From NCBI GenBank assembly GCA_951406725.2, contig OX597814.1:6200001-6264000 (forward strand): a DNA stretch of 64,000 nucleotides, in the 5' to 3' direction. The translations under genes were made by a program, and so were the position numbers. Below, piece after piece: positions 13,200-27,173 of the stretch. Positions within the stretch are counted from its first letter, which is position 1. Each line of letters starts with the position of its first letter. Origin of the DNA: Octopus vulgaris (lineage: Eukaryota). Below the pieces are notes generated by a model, which saw only the letters and a program-made list of their open reading frames with translations, did no database searches and was not told the DNA's origin.

Positions 13200-13364
13200 C
13201 GTAATTTTACACTCTAAGCAGCCGGGAAATAAACCATAACATCGGATGGCAGTTTTTAGGAAATATGTCTTAAAATGGTCCACTGGAAGAGACCAGCCTT
13301 GGCCCTATATCGAGAGAGCAACACGTTATCTGCCTCCTTGGTATTCATATGCCTACTCTTACTC

Positions 13365-13438
13365 TATACACACACATACATATACAAACACACATATATA
13401 TATATATATACATATATACATACATATATATATACATA

Positions 13439-13522
<84 letters not shown>

Positions 13523-13541
13523 TATGCATACATATATACAT

Positions 13542-13586
<45 letters not shown>

Positions 13587-14006
13587 TATACATACATATA
13601 TACATATATTTATATATACATATATATACATACATATATACATATATTTATATATATATATACATATATATACATATATTTATATATATACATACATATA
13701 TACATATATTTATATATATATATATATATACACACATATATACATACATATATGTATACATATATATATATATATATATACATACATATGTATACACACA
13801 TATATATATATATATATATACATATATACATATATACATACATATATATATACATATATACATATATATATATACATACATATATACACACACATACATA
13901 AAGATACATACATATACATACATATATATATATATACATGCACACACATACACATATATACATGCACACACATACATACATACATATATACACACACACA
14001 TACATA
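13365..14006. repeat. Compound (TA/CA)n microsatellite
   Basis: Directly visible ~640 bp TATA/TACA array. Confidence 0.98.
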
Positions 14007-14544
14007 CAGTTTCATTTATTGGACTGTGGCCATGCTGGGACACCTTGAAAGGCTTTGGTCAAATAAACCAATTCCAGAACTTTCTTTACATTTCCTACTT
14101 ATTCTATCAGTTTTGATTTATTCTTCACAGTTCCTTAAACTGGCCATTTTTTTCAATGCTCCAATTTGTTCACATTTTGTCTGAGCTGCCATATTTAATT
14201 AAAGCTAAACAGTAAAATAAAATAATGTTTATTTTTGTGGTACAGCTCATGAGGTACCCACTTCCCTTCTCTATATACATTGTCAATCTGACTGGCCTGG
14301 TGCAGCCTTTGGGCTTGCCAGACCCCAGTTGAACCGTCCAACCCATGCTAGCATGGAAAGCGGACGTTAAACGATGATGATGATGATGAATCTGCTTCAG
14401 ATGACCTTCCACAATGCACAAAGGTTTATTAAACCTCCAGTACGTGTCCCCACCCCATTACTCCCCCAGTACTTTGATGTCTACATTGTGTCATTGAGAA
14501 GAGTTGGTCTTTTTGGTCGATTCCCATCTAAAAGATCAAAATCA

Positions 14545-15240
14545 CGTATAGATTGTAATATGGGTGATTTTGTTTTCTGAAAACCCTAGCTTTCTCAAAT
14601 TGTCCCCTAGACATTTATTCACAAAACCAAGTGTACCAATTATTATCAGTATAAACGCAAACGTGCAGCCTGGACACAAAGCAGTTGTCCACAGTTTTCC
14701 TCTTCCTCTTTGATTCACATCAGCAGAGAACTGGTCTCCATGACAGCACAAACTGTTCTTTGTCTCTCACAAACAACAACATCAGACCTTCCACCAATAG
14801 TCTTCACGCTGATGTGTACGTATTCAATAACAGGGGCATATTTATTCCAGGACAGTCCTTTTTGCAAATGGCACTGCTGCAACAACTTTGTGTTGCACAA
14901 GGAATTTTGCATCTTGGAAGCCCTTGGAGTTCCAAGATGGCTCTCTTCTTTATTAGGTGTTTAGTAACAACCTCCTGTGCTTCTATTGAAAAGGTACAAT
15001 CTTCAAAGTGTGATGTAGTGCTTACAAGTTCAAGAGGGGCTGCCCTTTATGCTGATATGATGGTAATCTTCAAGTCTTTAGGGAAGATATCCATGCGCAG
15101 TCTACTTTTGATATGGTGAATGTTCCACATCCAGGTCTTCTATCAGATGTCTTCATGTTAGTCCAGCTGTTTTGGGGTTGTATGGGAGGCGACCAGGAAG
15201 AGAGAACTTCCTGGTGCTCTCACTGGCAAGGATGTTGTTC
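14545..15240 (-). mobile_element. Highly degenerate RLE-type non-LTR retrotransposon C-terminal region
   Basis: Minus-strand pieces FSIEAQEVVTKHLI, SADVN, FILIIIGTLGFVNKCLGDNLRKLGFSE resemble the end of an RLE endonuclease domain (IPIIIGxLG). Multiple frameshifts. Confidence 0.55.
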
Positions 15241-15253
15241 TATTCACATTTCA

Positions 15254-15285
<32 letters not shown>

Positions 15286-15589
15286 CACGTGATTACGTGA
15301 CTGACCAGACTATCAGATATTGTTACACATCCCTGGTCACAATGCGTTCGCATTGTTTTAGCCCTCGAATGACGCCACCCCCGCTGGCTAAGTGAGCAGG
15401 CCAACAGAAAAAAGAGTGAGAGAAAGAGTGGTGAAAGAGTACAGCAGGGATCACCACCCCCTGCCGGAGCCTCGTGGAGCTTTTAGGTGTTTTCGCTCAA
15501 TAAACACACACAACGCCTGGTTTGGGAATTGAAACCGTGATCCTATGGCCGTGAGTCTGCTGCCCTAACCACTGGGCCATTGTGCCTCC
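15286..15589 (-). mobile_element. tRNA-derived SINE, family B (tail type 1)
   Basis: Reverse complement begins GGAGGCACAATGGCCCAGTGGTTAGGGCAGCAGACTC..GGTTTCAATTCCC (A/B boxes). Same element at 38874-39158. Confidence 0.85.
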
Positions 15590-16409
15590 ACAAATATATA
15601 TATAATTGCATGTAACCTTCAGATTTGTTCTTCAGAGTAATTGGTTTCAAGATATTTAGCTTTCTGAGAATGTTAGGCACAAAAAAAAAAAAGCCCCACA
15701 ATATTCCATATGTTAAACAAGAACTGGAATCAATTGTGAATTTCTGCAATATTTTGAGAGAAACTCCAGAAAGTTACCATTTTCTTAGTGCAGCAGAAAT
15801 GCTTGAATAGTCTGAGTTAGAAAAACTTGGTTCAAAGTTAGGAAACTTTTCACAGAAAATGAAACATTTCTTTAATATAAAAATAATAGGAATAATGATA
15901 GAAATAAAGAAAATAGAGGAAACGGAACAGTGAAAACATTTTGAAAAGGTTTTGCCAAGAACATTATCTTTTGAAAGAACGCACAAACTAGCTGTGTGTG
16001 TGTGTGTGTGTGTGTGTGTAACAGTGCAGTTGTTTAATCTGTAGACAGCCGTATTAAAAACTTCTCTTCAGTTTGGTCAATGTGTCTCAAGTGTATAGAT
16101 TCAGAAATTGGTCTCTCTTTTATGGAATCGGCAGTCTGACAGTCATTGTTTTCCAAGTTTGCAACTCAGTTTTATGGTATTGATCAAGGAGCAGGAAAGA
16201 AATTGTATGAACATTTGTAAATCCCTTTTGCAAGTGATGTTAGAGTTAGCAATAGGAAAAAGTATTGATCTTTACAACCAAGAATCAATTGGTGTGCGAT
16301 GGGACACACTGGGAGTGATTGGCCCTCAAGCAGCAAAGCGAAGAATTTCAAACAACATCTCTGTTAATAATGAACAATGTGATCACTAACCAAACTTTGT
16401 TTAAAATTA

Positions 16410-16412
<3 letters not shown>

Positions 16413-16500
<88 letters not shown>
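16413..16500. repeat. (GA)n microsatellite
   Basis: Directly visible. Confidence 0.98.
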
Positions 16501-17824
16501 TGGAAATTGATTTAGATACATATGAGGAATTGCAACGAGAAATATAGCTGCTTCTATGTATGTATGTATGTATGTATACCTACATGTACATCTGTATGCA
16601 GGTATGTATTTATATGAGGAGAGGTGTAACTTGTTTGAAGCATTGTGATACAGAAGTCAACAACCATTGTTTGGTCGTTGACTTCTGATGATGGGCCATT
16701 GTGCATCCAGCCATAGAAACTTTGCCAAAGCAGACATTGGAATCCCATGCAACCAATAAGCATGGTTAATGTTGATGATGATGATGACGACAATATATAC
16801 AGACATGGAGATATATGTATGAGATATCATCATCGTTATTTAATGTCAGTTTTCCATGCTAGCATGGGTTGGATGGTTTGACTGAAAACTGGTGAGTCAG
16901 AGGCTGCACCAGGCTCAATCTGATCCGGTAAAGTTTCTACAGCTGGATGCCCTTCCTAATGCCAACCACTCCAAGAGTGTATTGGTTGCTTTTACGTGCC
17001 ACTGGCATGAGAGCCATCAGGCAGTTCTGGCAATAACCATGCTCAAAAGGTGTTTTTTTTTATGTGCTAACTGCATGGGAGCAGTCCGGCGGCACTGGCA
17101 ACGACCAAACTCGGATGTTGTTTTTCACATGCCACACTTACCAAAAAAGAATTTTACTAAGTATCTTGATTAAACTGTATTAATAAGATTTAATTAAGAC
17201 ATTCAGTAACGAAGCTATTTAAAAGCGCTCTACCAATACTGCTTGGAGCAAATATCATCATCATCGTTGTTTAACGTCCGTTTTCCATGCAGCATGGGTT
17301 GGACGGTTCGATCGGGGTTTGGGATGCCAAGAGGCTGCATCAGGTTCCAGTCTGATCTGGCAGTGTTTCTACAGCTGGATGCCCTTCCTAACGCCAACCA
17401 CTCCGTGAGTGGTTCCTCTTTCATAATCTATATTTGATGATTCTGATTCAGAATCTTCCCAGAAAATTTAGAAGAGCATCTTTCGATTATTTTCAACCCA
17501 ATCTCGAAAAGTAGTCCGAGAAACTTAGAAATAATCACGACAGAAATGTCCAAATTGCTGTTTTGGAACACTGTGTCCATTGAACTGATATTGAGATCTT
17601 TCTCACTCCCCACATCATTTTTCTCCTCACCCCCCTGCCCCACCCCCACTAACTCATGCCATCTAATCGGATTTCTTTTATAACCAACACTCCAAAGAGG
17701 TTTTACGTTTGATCAAAGTTCTGATATGGAATTAACAGAAAATAAAGAAAAAACTACTTTTTTTTAACAGCATTCAAGATGTAAATAACTCATATTCTCT
17801 GATGAAATACTTGACACAAAGGAG

Positions 17825-17864
<40 letters not shown>

Positions 17865-17898
17865 ACACACGGTGGAACCTTCATTTACAAACACTTCT

Positions 17899-18910
17899 CA
17901 TCATCATCATCATCATCATCATCATCGTTTAACGTCCGCTTTCCATGCTAGCATGGGTTGGACGGTTCAACTGGGGTCTGGGAAGCCCGAAGGCTGCACC
18001 AGGCCAGTCAGATGTGGCAGTGTTTCTACAGCTGGATGCCCTTCCTAACGCCAACCACTCCGAGAGTGTAGTGGGTGATTTTATGTGCCACCGACACAGG
18101 TGCCAGACGAGGCTGGCAGACGGCCACGCTCGGATGGTGTTTTTTATGTGCCACCGACACAGGTGCCAGACGAGGCTGGCAGACGGCCACGCTCGGATGG
18201 TGTTTTCTTATGTGTCACCGACACAGGTGCTAGACGAGGCTGGCGGACGGCCACGCTCGGATGGTGTTTGTTACGTGCCCTCAGCACGGAGGCCAGTCAT
18301 TGCGGTACTGGCTACGGTCACGTTCGGATGGTTTTCTTATGTGCCACCGGCACTGGTACCACAAGGATACAAATTCCATTGATGTTCATCTATTTTGATT
18401 TGGTTCGATTTGATTTGATACGATTCGATTTTCACTTGCCTCAACAGGTCTTCACAAGTGTCACAAGAAGGAAGGTATGCACAGGTGGACTGACTACGTC
18501 CCAGGTAGGGGCCACGGATTATGGCTTCACTAGTCTTGCCGGGTCTTCTCACGCACAGCATACTTCCATAGGTCTCGGTCTCTAGTCATTTCCATGGTGA
18601 GACCTAACGTCCGAAGGTCGTGCTTCACCACCTCGTCCCAGGTTTTCCTGGGTCTACCTCTTCCACGGGTTCCCTCAACTGCTAGGGATTGGCACTTTCT
18701 CACACACCTCTCTTCATCCATTCTCGCCACATGACCATACCAGCGCAATCGTCTCTCTTGCACACAACAACTGATGCTTCTTATGTACAACATTTCTCTC
18801 AAGGTACTAACGCTCTGTCGAGTAAGTACACTGACATTACACATCCATCGGAGCATACTGGCTTCGTTCCTCACGAGCTTGCGCATGTGAGGAACGAAGC
18901 CAGTATGCTC
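17899..18910 (-). mobile_element. Young 5'-truncated RTE LINE: RT C-terminus, 3' UTR with ~65 bp tandem units and (GAT)n tail; short 5' inversion
   Basis: Open ORF 18530-18886 (RNEASMLRWMC..RLRWYGHVARM..RGRGRPRKTWDEVVKHDL) is joined to the common tail. Perfect 24 bp inverted duplication at 18851-18910. CTCATCAT on both flanks. Confidence 0.92.
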
Positions 18911-19196
18911 ATCATAAACAAATCAGTTTATGAACAATTTTATTGAACAAAAAGTGTCTTGGATAAGGAAGAGTGTCTTGAGTAATAAACAGGCGAATGG
19001 CAACCACAGCTGGTTACAGTCTGGCAATATGAATGGGAGGTGAGTGTCAGTTATGGGTTAGTCTTAGCTTAGTGCACATCCCTGTACAAATTCACTGGGT
19101 ATTCTCTTGAATTTCTGGTGGGAATAATCGTCTTAGTTTACAAGTATTTTGGGTGAGGAATGGCCCTTCAGGAATGAAGTAAATTCTGAGATTCTA

Positions 19197-19310
<114 letters not shown>

Positions 19311-19989
19311 ATGTATGTATGCAAAGTTTAGGTTAAACCAAATATGCTTGTGACATATTCCAACTGCTAAAAGGCAAATTCACTGCAGTTACCATCCATG
19401 GAGAAAATTTTCTTTTATGGTAAAAAAGTGCAAAAACACCATAATCTGTCCAGTGTCACCCCCTGTCAGGATTCAGAGATATCAATGGTTCTAGCTCCCT
19501 AGCTGTTATCAATGGGAAATACTTAAGAGAGGCAACTCTGTACAGACCTTATCAAAGCTAGAGGTTTAACTAAAATACAGTCAACAAGATGGACTGATTT
19601 GTGCCATTAGACCACCAGGTCATGGGGATTACTGTAATATTAGCATCAAGCTGTGTTTAGACATAATCACAACTTAGGACAGTTACAATCTGTTTCTGAC
19701 ATATTTCAGCTCCTAAAAGGCAAATTCACTGCAGTTACCAAGAAGAAAAATTTCTCTTATGGTAGAAGGTGTAAAAATACCATGTGTGTGTGTGTGTGTG
19801 TGTAATAATGCTTGATTTTCAAGGAGAAATCCAGAGGAAAAGTTACCAGAGCAGCCAAAGGTCGCTTAAGCACTTAAAGATATTAGCAGCCACGTGTACA
19901 TGGGTAATAATTCCAAGAAGAAGTGAGACGTGTTTTGGAGAATGTAAGAGAAATGGAAAATAACATATTTTGTGTTTGTCTCCATTTCT

Positions 19990-20686
<697 letters not shown>

Positions 20687-21215
20687 TATAAAGAAGATTG
20701 AAAAGAAATACACGAGTAAAAAAGAGACAGAGACAGGCAGAAAAATGGAAAATGTCCCTTGAATTTGAAAACATGGAAATATGTATATATATATTTTTAA
20801 AAACATTTCAATTAATTTGTCCACAATTTAAATGTTTTTCTTATTTTACTCTGAGTTGAAAAAGTCTAAAAGATGGAAACCGGTACTAAAATGTTCTTCA
20901 TGATAAAATCATTTTAGCATTTTCTACCTTGTCTTATTTTTCTTTATACACACACACATATATATATATATATATACGTTTTTATTATTATTATGCAATT
21001 TACATAATCATCAGTATATTATTGTTATTTTAATTTTTATATTTCTATTATATGTAATTTTCTAGATGGTGTGATTGAATTGATCATTTTGAATTGATAA
21101 AAGGTGGTTTTTTTCTAATTTTTATATATATATATATTATATTTTGTGAAATTTGATTTAGATTTCTAAATTGAATTTTCCCCTGTAAGTTAGGAATAAT
21201 ATTCCCTCAAATAAT

Positions 21216-21268
<53 letters not shown>

Positions 21269-21403
21269 TATATGTATTTATGTATGTATGTTTGTATGCA
21301 TGTATGTATGCATGCATGTATGTATGTATGTATGTTTGTATGCATGCATGTATGTATGTATGTATGTACAAATGGGGCCATAACTAATACTTTGAGTCAC
21401 ATA

Positions 21404-21826
21404 GGCGCAGGAGTGGCTGTGTGGTAAGTAGCTTGCTAACCAACCACATAGTTCCGGGTTCAGTCCCACTGCGTGGCATCTTGGGCAAGTGTCTTCTGCT
21501 ATAGCCCCGGGCCGACCAATGCCTTGTGAGTGGATTTGGTAGACGGAAACTGAAAGAAGCCTGTCGTATATATGTATATATATATATGTATGTATGTGTG
21601 TGTTTGTGTGTCTGTGTTTGTCCCCCTAGCATTGCTTGACAACCGATGCTGGTGTGTTTACGTCCCCGTCACTTAGTGGTTCGGCAAAAGAGACCGATAG
21701 AATAAGTACTGGGCTTACAAAGAATAAGTCCCGGGGTCGATTTGCTCGACTAAAAAACGGCGGTGCTCCAGCATGGCCGCAGTCAAATGACTGAAACAAG
21801 TAAAAGAGTAAAAGAGAGTAAAGAGT
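21404..21826 (+). mobile_element. tRNA-derived SINE, family A, full length
   Basis: GGCGCAGGAGTGGCTGTGTGGTAAG..GGGTTCAGTCCC ... GAAACAAGTAAAAGAGTAAAAGAG. Confidence 0.92.
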
Positions 21827-24549
21827 ATAGTTTGTCTTCTCTCTTCCATGCTGTGATACATTTGTTGTCAAAATTGCTGCATAGCAAACAATAAAGAAGG
21901 AGAATGGGTTATGTTGTGAGCATGTGTGTTTTGCACCTGTAGGTACTAAGCACTAAGAATCTCAAGTGCCAAGTCTTGGAATATGCCATCTATCCCATTT
22001 GGGTTAATGCCCCCCCCCCACTGACACCACCGCCACCACCACCACCTATTGCCAATGGAGTTGATGTCTGTGTAAAACAGGCAAACAGAAGACAATTTGG
22101 TGTAATTAGAATTCTAAATATAACAAAGCTGATAGTTCTTGAAACAGAGGGGGAGGGGGGGAGTATGAAGTAGAGAGCCATGTGTAGTAGAGCTAATTAA
22201 TTAGGTATTTCACATATTTATAACAGTTCTTCGTTAGCTACATCAGGTTTCTAAATTCGATACCCCACATGAACACAAGCAGAAATAGAAAATCGTATCA
22301 AATTTTCTTTTTAGTGGTTTTTTTTCTTACATATTTTTGATTTGGTCATAAAACAGGGTGTTCCCAGGCCATAGCCGTTTACAGTGGATTGTCACTAAAG
22401 AGGTCAGGTACTTAGTCTTTAGTTATGAGTTATAAGGAAAATATGGTGTGGGAAGGATACAGTTGTGTGGTAGAAGGACTGGGATATGGTCTGCGAGATA
22501 ACAGCATTAAAGCACTGGTGCTGGCACTCTGTAAAGTGGTTAACATTAGGAAGAGCAACCATCTGTAGAAACCATGCTGAAACAATGGAACCTGGTATGA
22601 CTCCTGGCCTTTTAAGCTCTGGTCAAACTGTCCAGCCCATGCCAGCATGGAAACAGATGTTAAGTAAAGATAATGATGATGCTATCCGTGTTCCTTTTGA
22701 TTGCGAATATTTTACCATCATGCCATCGATCAAGAGAGTTTTCTTCCAAACTTAAGAGTTATCTGTCTTGAGTTTGTCTCATAGCTCCCCTCCACTCCTT
22801 TCTCTCTCTACTCTCCCTCCACTTCCCTTAGCTTTTACTCAATGGCAAATACAAGCCCAGCCACTTAACATGTTAAATGTTATACATGAAATAACATATT
22901 TAACATTAAACACATCAAATCAATAGAAAAATCTTTGAGAAAATTCCCAGAAAACTGCGCTTTATTACTGGTAGGAATGGGAGAATATTTAGATATCATT
23001 ATCTTTAATTAATTACCAATCAGAGTTTGAGATATAATGAGCTATATTGAAAAATGCAGCAGAAGTGGTTGGTATAAAGTTTTGCTGACCAAGAAAGTGT
23101 TCTCTGGCTGCTGCTGCTGTCTGGGATGATAACAAAATAAAAGAACAATTGTAGAGAGGAGAGTAAACCATTCCATGGTGGAGGGTCATGGAGAAACAGT
23201 TGTTATTTCACACAAGACTCATTTGTTTAAAACTTCTTGAAGTAGATTTTGGCATTGCAAAAAATGTGAAACTTGTACAATGAATTCTGAGTTTCATCAT
23301 CCTCATCATCATCATCATCATTGTCATCATTTTATGCCTGCTCTCTATGCTACCATGGGTTTGGTGATTCAACAGACATGCTTTCTATGGCTGGCTGCCC
23401 TTCTAAACACCAACCACTTTACAAAGTGTACTCGGAGCTTTTCAGGGCACCATGACTAGTGAGGGTCACCTTGCTCCTTCTCTATGACTGAAAAGGGAAT
23501 AGGGGACAGAGTGATGATTTGAAGAGATGTCATTAGAGAAGATAACGTATGTTGAGAAGAAGGGATTTACTGTTGTGATAAGATAATTGTGGAGAGGATA
23601 ATAGGGAAGGAGGGAGGAAGAAATGGTTATAATGTGAGATCCTCGTCCATTTGTATGTTATTGATGGCACTGTAACATTCTTGTGACCACTATTATGTTG
23701 TGACAGTATTCTGCATCTTACTATCTTTGACTTGTCTATCATGCTATCGCTGACAGCTCTGCAATGACTTTAAAATGACAGTAATGATTTTAAAATGTCT
23801 GCTTTGATGGTAATTTGAACTCATATGTATCACATAACTGACACTGACTCCAACTGAGAGATTGTACAATGACTCTACTATTACTGATCACCTACAATGA
23901 CTGACTTTATAGTGGCTGGGCCATACCACTTTGTCACATGGGGAGGGGAGTACCATTTTCACTACAACAAAAATGGAGAAAAAATGTACTGTTTTCTTTT
24001 CCATTTAGGCTAAGCGCAATTAATGTTTGTAGGGAAAGAATTAATAGTTTTAGCAGATTACTTATTAATCTGGAGAAATGAAAAACAGAATAGAACATAG
24101 TAAAAATGTTGAAGAATTAAACGTAAAAGTGAAATGTAATTTATCTGGTTCTGTATGGTGTCTGTCATTTCAGCAGGTTCTTTCACATCAAAAGTGTCAG
24201 GTATTTTGGTATTTCAATTCTTTACCAAAAACTGTCAGAATATCTCCACAATGGGGAAATATTGAGAGTTTCCATTGTTAGAAAGAATTTCAAAGACACG
24301 AGAGAAGAGAGCTTTGTGTCACCTGGAGAGGAATGTGTAAAGTTGATAACAGAGCAGCAAGATCAACAGGGAAATGAAAAAGGGGAACAGGGAGATCCTT
24401 AAGGGGATACTGAAATAGAAAAGGCCAGACAGCTCCTAGTCTACAACCATTGAGACATTGAACCTTACAAACTTTATAGCCAAGTGATTAACACCAAATC
24501 TCTAAAAGAAGAGATTTTTAGCCAGGATTCTTTGCCAAAGAATAAATTA

Positions 24550-24731
24550 AAGTACCATAACAGCCAATTATAAACCCACGTGGGTTTGTTTACATTTCTG
24601 AAGAAAAAAAGAAACCCTTTTCTCCCACCCCTAATCCTAACCCTCCATATATATATAAAAAAAAAACTTTACGGAGAGTGACAGTCTTCTTCTTCAAATG
24701 TAAACAAACAGACGTGGCAGTTATGGTACTT
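24550..24731. mobile_element. Small MITE with terminal and subterminal inverted repeats
   Basis: AAGTACCATAACAGCCA / TGGCAGTTATGGTACTT and GTTTGTTTACATTT / AAATGTAAACAAAC; internal CCCTAATCCTAACCC. Confidence 0.6.
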
Positions 24732-25552
24732 GTACCGAAAGATGGCCAATTAAAGTCATCAAATGTTTATGTACATCATTAACAACAATGTTTATTAATG
24801 ATGAAAATTAGAAAAGATTTTTCAGTAATTATTCAGGGAATTACTAGATGGAATTACATTTCTTTCTTTCTGTCTGTCTGTCTGTCTTTTCACTTATTGT
24901 ACATAGATTTGCAAGACAAGAAAAGGCAGCATTAATGAATTGCAATCAAAATCTGGAAAGTAATCAAGAAACCACTTTGTTAGGGTCACTTGTATACAGT
25001 GTGAGCTGACTATTTGTGAACCCAATTTACTGGGCCCCAAAACGAAAGATGTCCCAACATAATGTCGTGTGGTAAGGTAAAAAATTTGTACTTTCTAATT
25101 CCTCTTTCAGATAATATGACGATGATATATAATTAGCATAAACATGGCAGATTACTATCTGGGAGAGGAAATGAAAAGGTATCTCAGGTTCATGGCTCTT
25201 GCTACCAATCCCAGTAAAGCAGACATCATCAGCTGCTTGAACCAAGCCGGTTCCTTTGTGTTCAGGATTACGGAAAGAGCTGGAGCCCTTTAGCAAGGAC
25301 ATGCCATCTGTGTGAAAGAGAGAGAGTAGCATTAGCGACAGCGTGACACTATCAGGACAGCTGCGTTTGCCCAGCAAGTTTAGCACATCACCAACAACAT
25401 CCCTGGTGGGGGGTGGTGTGTCAAGGGCCATCACTTAGCAGTATAAGGGGTAGGAGTCCAGGATTGAATTTGTGGCGCATGAGGACATCAGGGACCAATT
25501 CTATAAACTACAAATAAAATGAAAGAAATTCCTGACTGACAAAACCTAGGAG

Positions 25553-25662
25553 AATGTGACCATGTGACTTCCAACATGTGATCACGTGACTTCCAACATA
25601 TGATCATGTGACTTCCAACATGTGATCACGTGACTTCCAACATGTGATCATGTGACTCCCAA
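25553..25662. repeat. 22-bp minisatellite x5 made of E-boxes (CATGTGATCACGTGACTTCCAA)
   Basis: Five tandem units directly visible. Confidence 0.9.
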
Positions 25663-26526
25663 TTCTCGTTATTTGAATTCCCTCGACTGCTGTGCTGATA
25701 GAATCATTGATGGTTGGGCCAAATTACAGTTCCACAATTGTTGGTAGGAGTTCACCTGAATGTGGGATACAGTCATTCTCGTAGTCTCATAGGGACCATT
25801 GTAGACAGTGAGGGTTGTTCTGTTAAATAGTCTGTTTCTTTAGTCTATCCTACTTGAATATGGCTGCAGTTTTTAGCTGGGAGTATGTTTTCTTTTCTTT
25901 GATTCGTCTTATTCTATTCTGTGTTTTGTCTCCAAATAGCAATGGGCCTTACCCTCCTCCATATATTTCGATGACGCTTTCAGAAATGAAGACAATAAAA
26001 AAACAAAATCATTGGCTTCAACTAATACCATGTTCAGTAACCTTGCACTCAATTTCGATTTCTTTTTTTTTCTTTTAAATTAAGAGTCCTGATTCTATTT
26101 CAAATTATCCTTTAATTAGATTAGTTTGTTTCAATGAAAGAACGATATGTTTGGTTAGAGACAGCAGTTCCTTGTCAATTAGGATTAGTCACCGTAGATC
26201 ACTTAGTTCCATAAATACAAACAGAAGTAGAATGCTTGTAATGTGGGATTACGGACTACAGAGTGAGCAATCCACATCTTGTTAAAGTTGCTGAAGTAAG
26301 CCTTGCCGCCAACACCGTGGACCAGGCTTAGGAGTTGAAGGATTTCCTCTAAAACTGTAATGAAGTTGAAAAACAGCAGTTCTATCGATATATGCAAAAA
26401 AGCCAATTTGGAAAAGTAGCCAACTCACAGAAATGAGGTGAAAATAGTAAAATGGGAAATAAAAATAGAAATGAAAATGTTTGCTTAGTTATTCTGAAGA
26501 AATGTTTCTAAAATAATATTACTTAC

Positions 26527-26623
26527 CAACAAAACCAATGCCAGTGGTCCCAGGTAAACAATGAAAGCGAAGAAAAGGATCATGAGCCAAGTAAATATGC
26601 CACGGATAACCCAGTTCCTCCAT
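26527..26623 (-). CDS. CDS: CDP-diacylglycerol synthase (phosphatidate cytidylyltransferase, CDS1/CDS2-like), internal exon
   Basis: tttctaaattacag|A TGG AGG AAC TGG...TTG|gtaagt; 97 nt encoding (R)[32 protein letters not shown], which matches metazoan CDS RWKNWWVRGILTLAMIAFFFIIIYLGP. Phase-compatible with the exon at 29415-29536. Confidence 0.93.
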
Positions 26624-27134
26624 CTGTAATTTAGAAATCAAAAATCAGTTTGGAACATTGGAAATCCATTATAAATATTGGAAGACATCAAGCCGACAAC
26701 TGTTAAGCAAACATCAGAACAACATAAGAAATACAGAAGGAAAAAAAAAAAATCTAAAAAAAAAACAAAAAACAAACAAAATCAATTAGGTTAGACAAAC
26801 ATAACAACGTTTTGTGAATCCATTAGAGAGGATAAAAGAGAGGAGGAGGAGGCATGGCTGGAGAGACACTCACTCACTGATGCACTTTTCAAAGAAGCTC
26901 CACTTCCATTTAAGAAATAAATGGCAGTTCCAGTCTGCATGTATCAGAGTTTTCTTTAAGAACAGCCACGGCTTGTTTGGCAGATGGAATTCTTGAAGAA
27001 ATAACAGACACTCGTTGATTCCTTTCAAAACATTTTGTATTGCATTGAATTCCACCAAAATAATTGACGACACAGTTTTGGTTTACTTTGCCCGTAATTA
27101 TATATATATATGCGGATGTGCACATATACAATGT

Positions 27135-27173
<39 letters not shown>

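Noticed and set aside
13246-14184. Long YI/HT/CV-rich ORFs (also 19866-20824, 26910-27401, 56012-56286)
   Set aside because: These are translations of stop-free TA/CA/TG microsatellites, open in several frames on both strands.
20845-20892. CTGAGTTGA...GAAACCGGTA as another hammerhead
   Set aside because: Core spacing is wrong and stem II does not pair; too degenerate to support.
25553-25662. 22-bp repeat array as a CRISPR
   Set aside because: No unique spacers, no cas genes and a eukaryotic context; it is a simple minisatellite.
26203-26406. Minus-strand ORF after a good acceptor near 26355 as the next CDS exon
   Set aside because: Phase-0 reading hits a stop immediately (TTT TAG), and the other frames do not resemble CDS.
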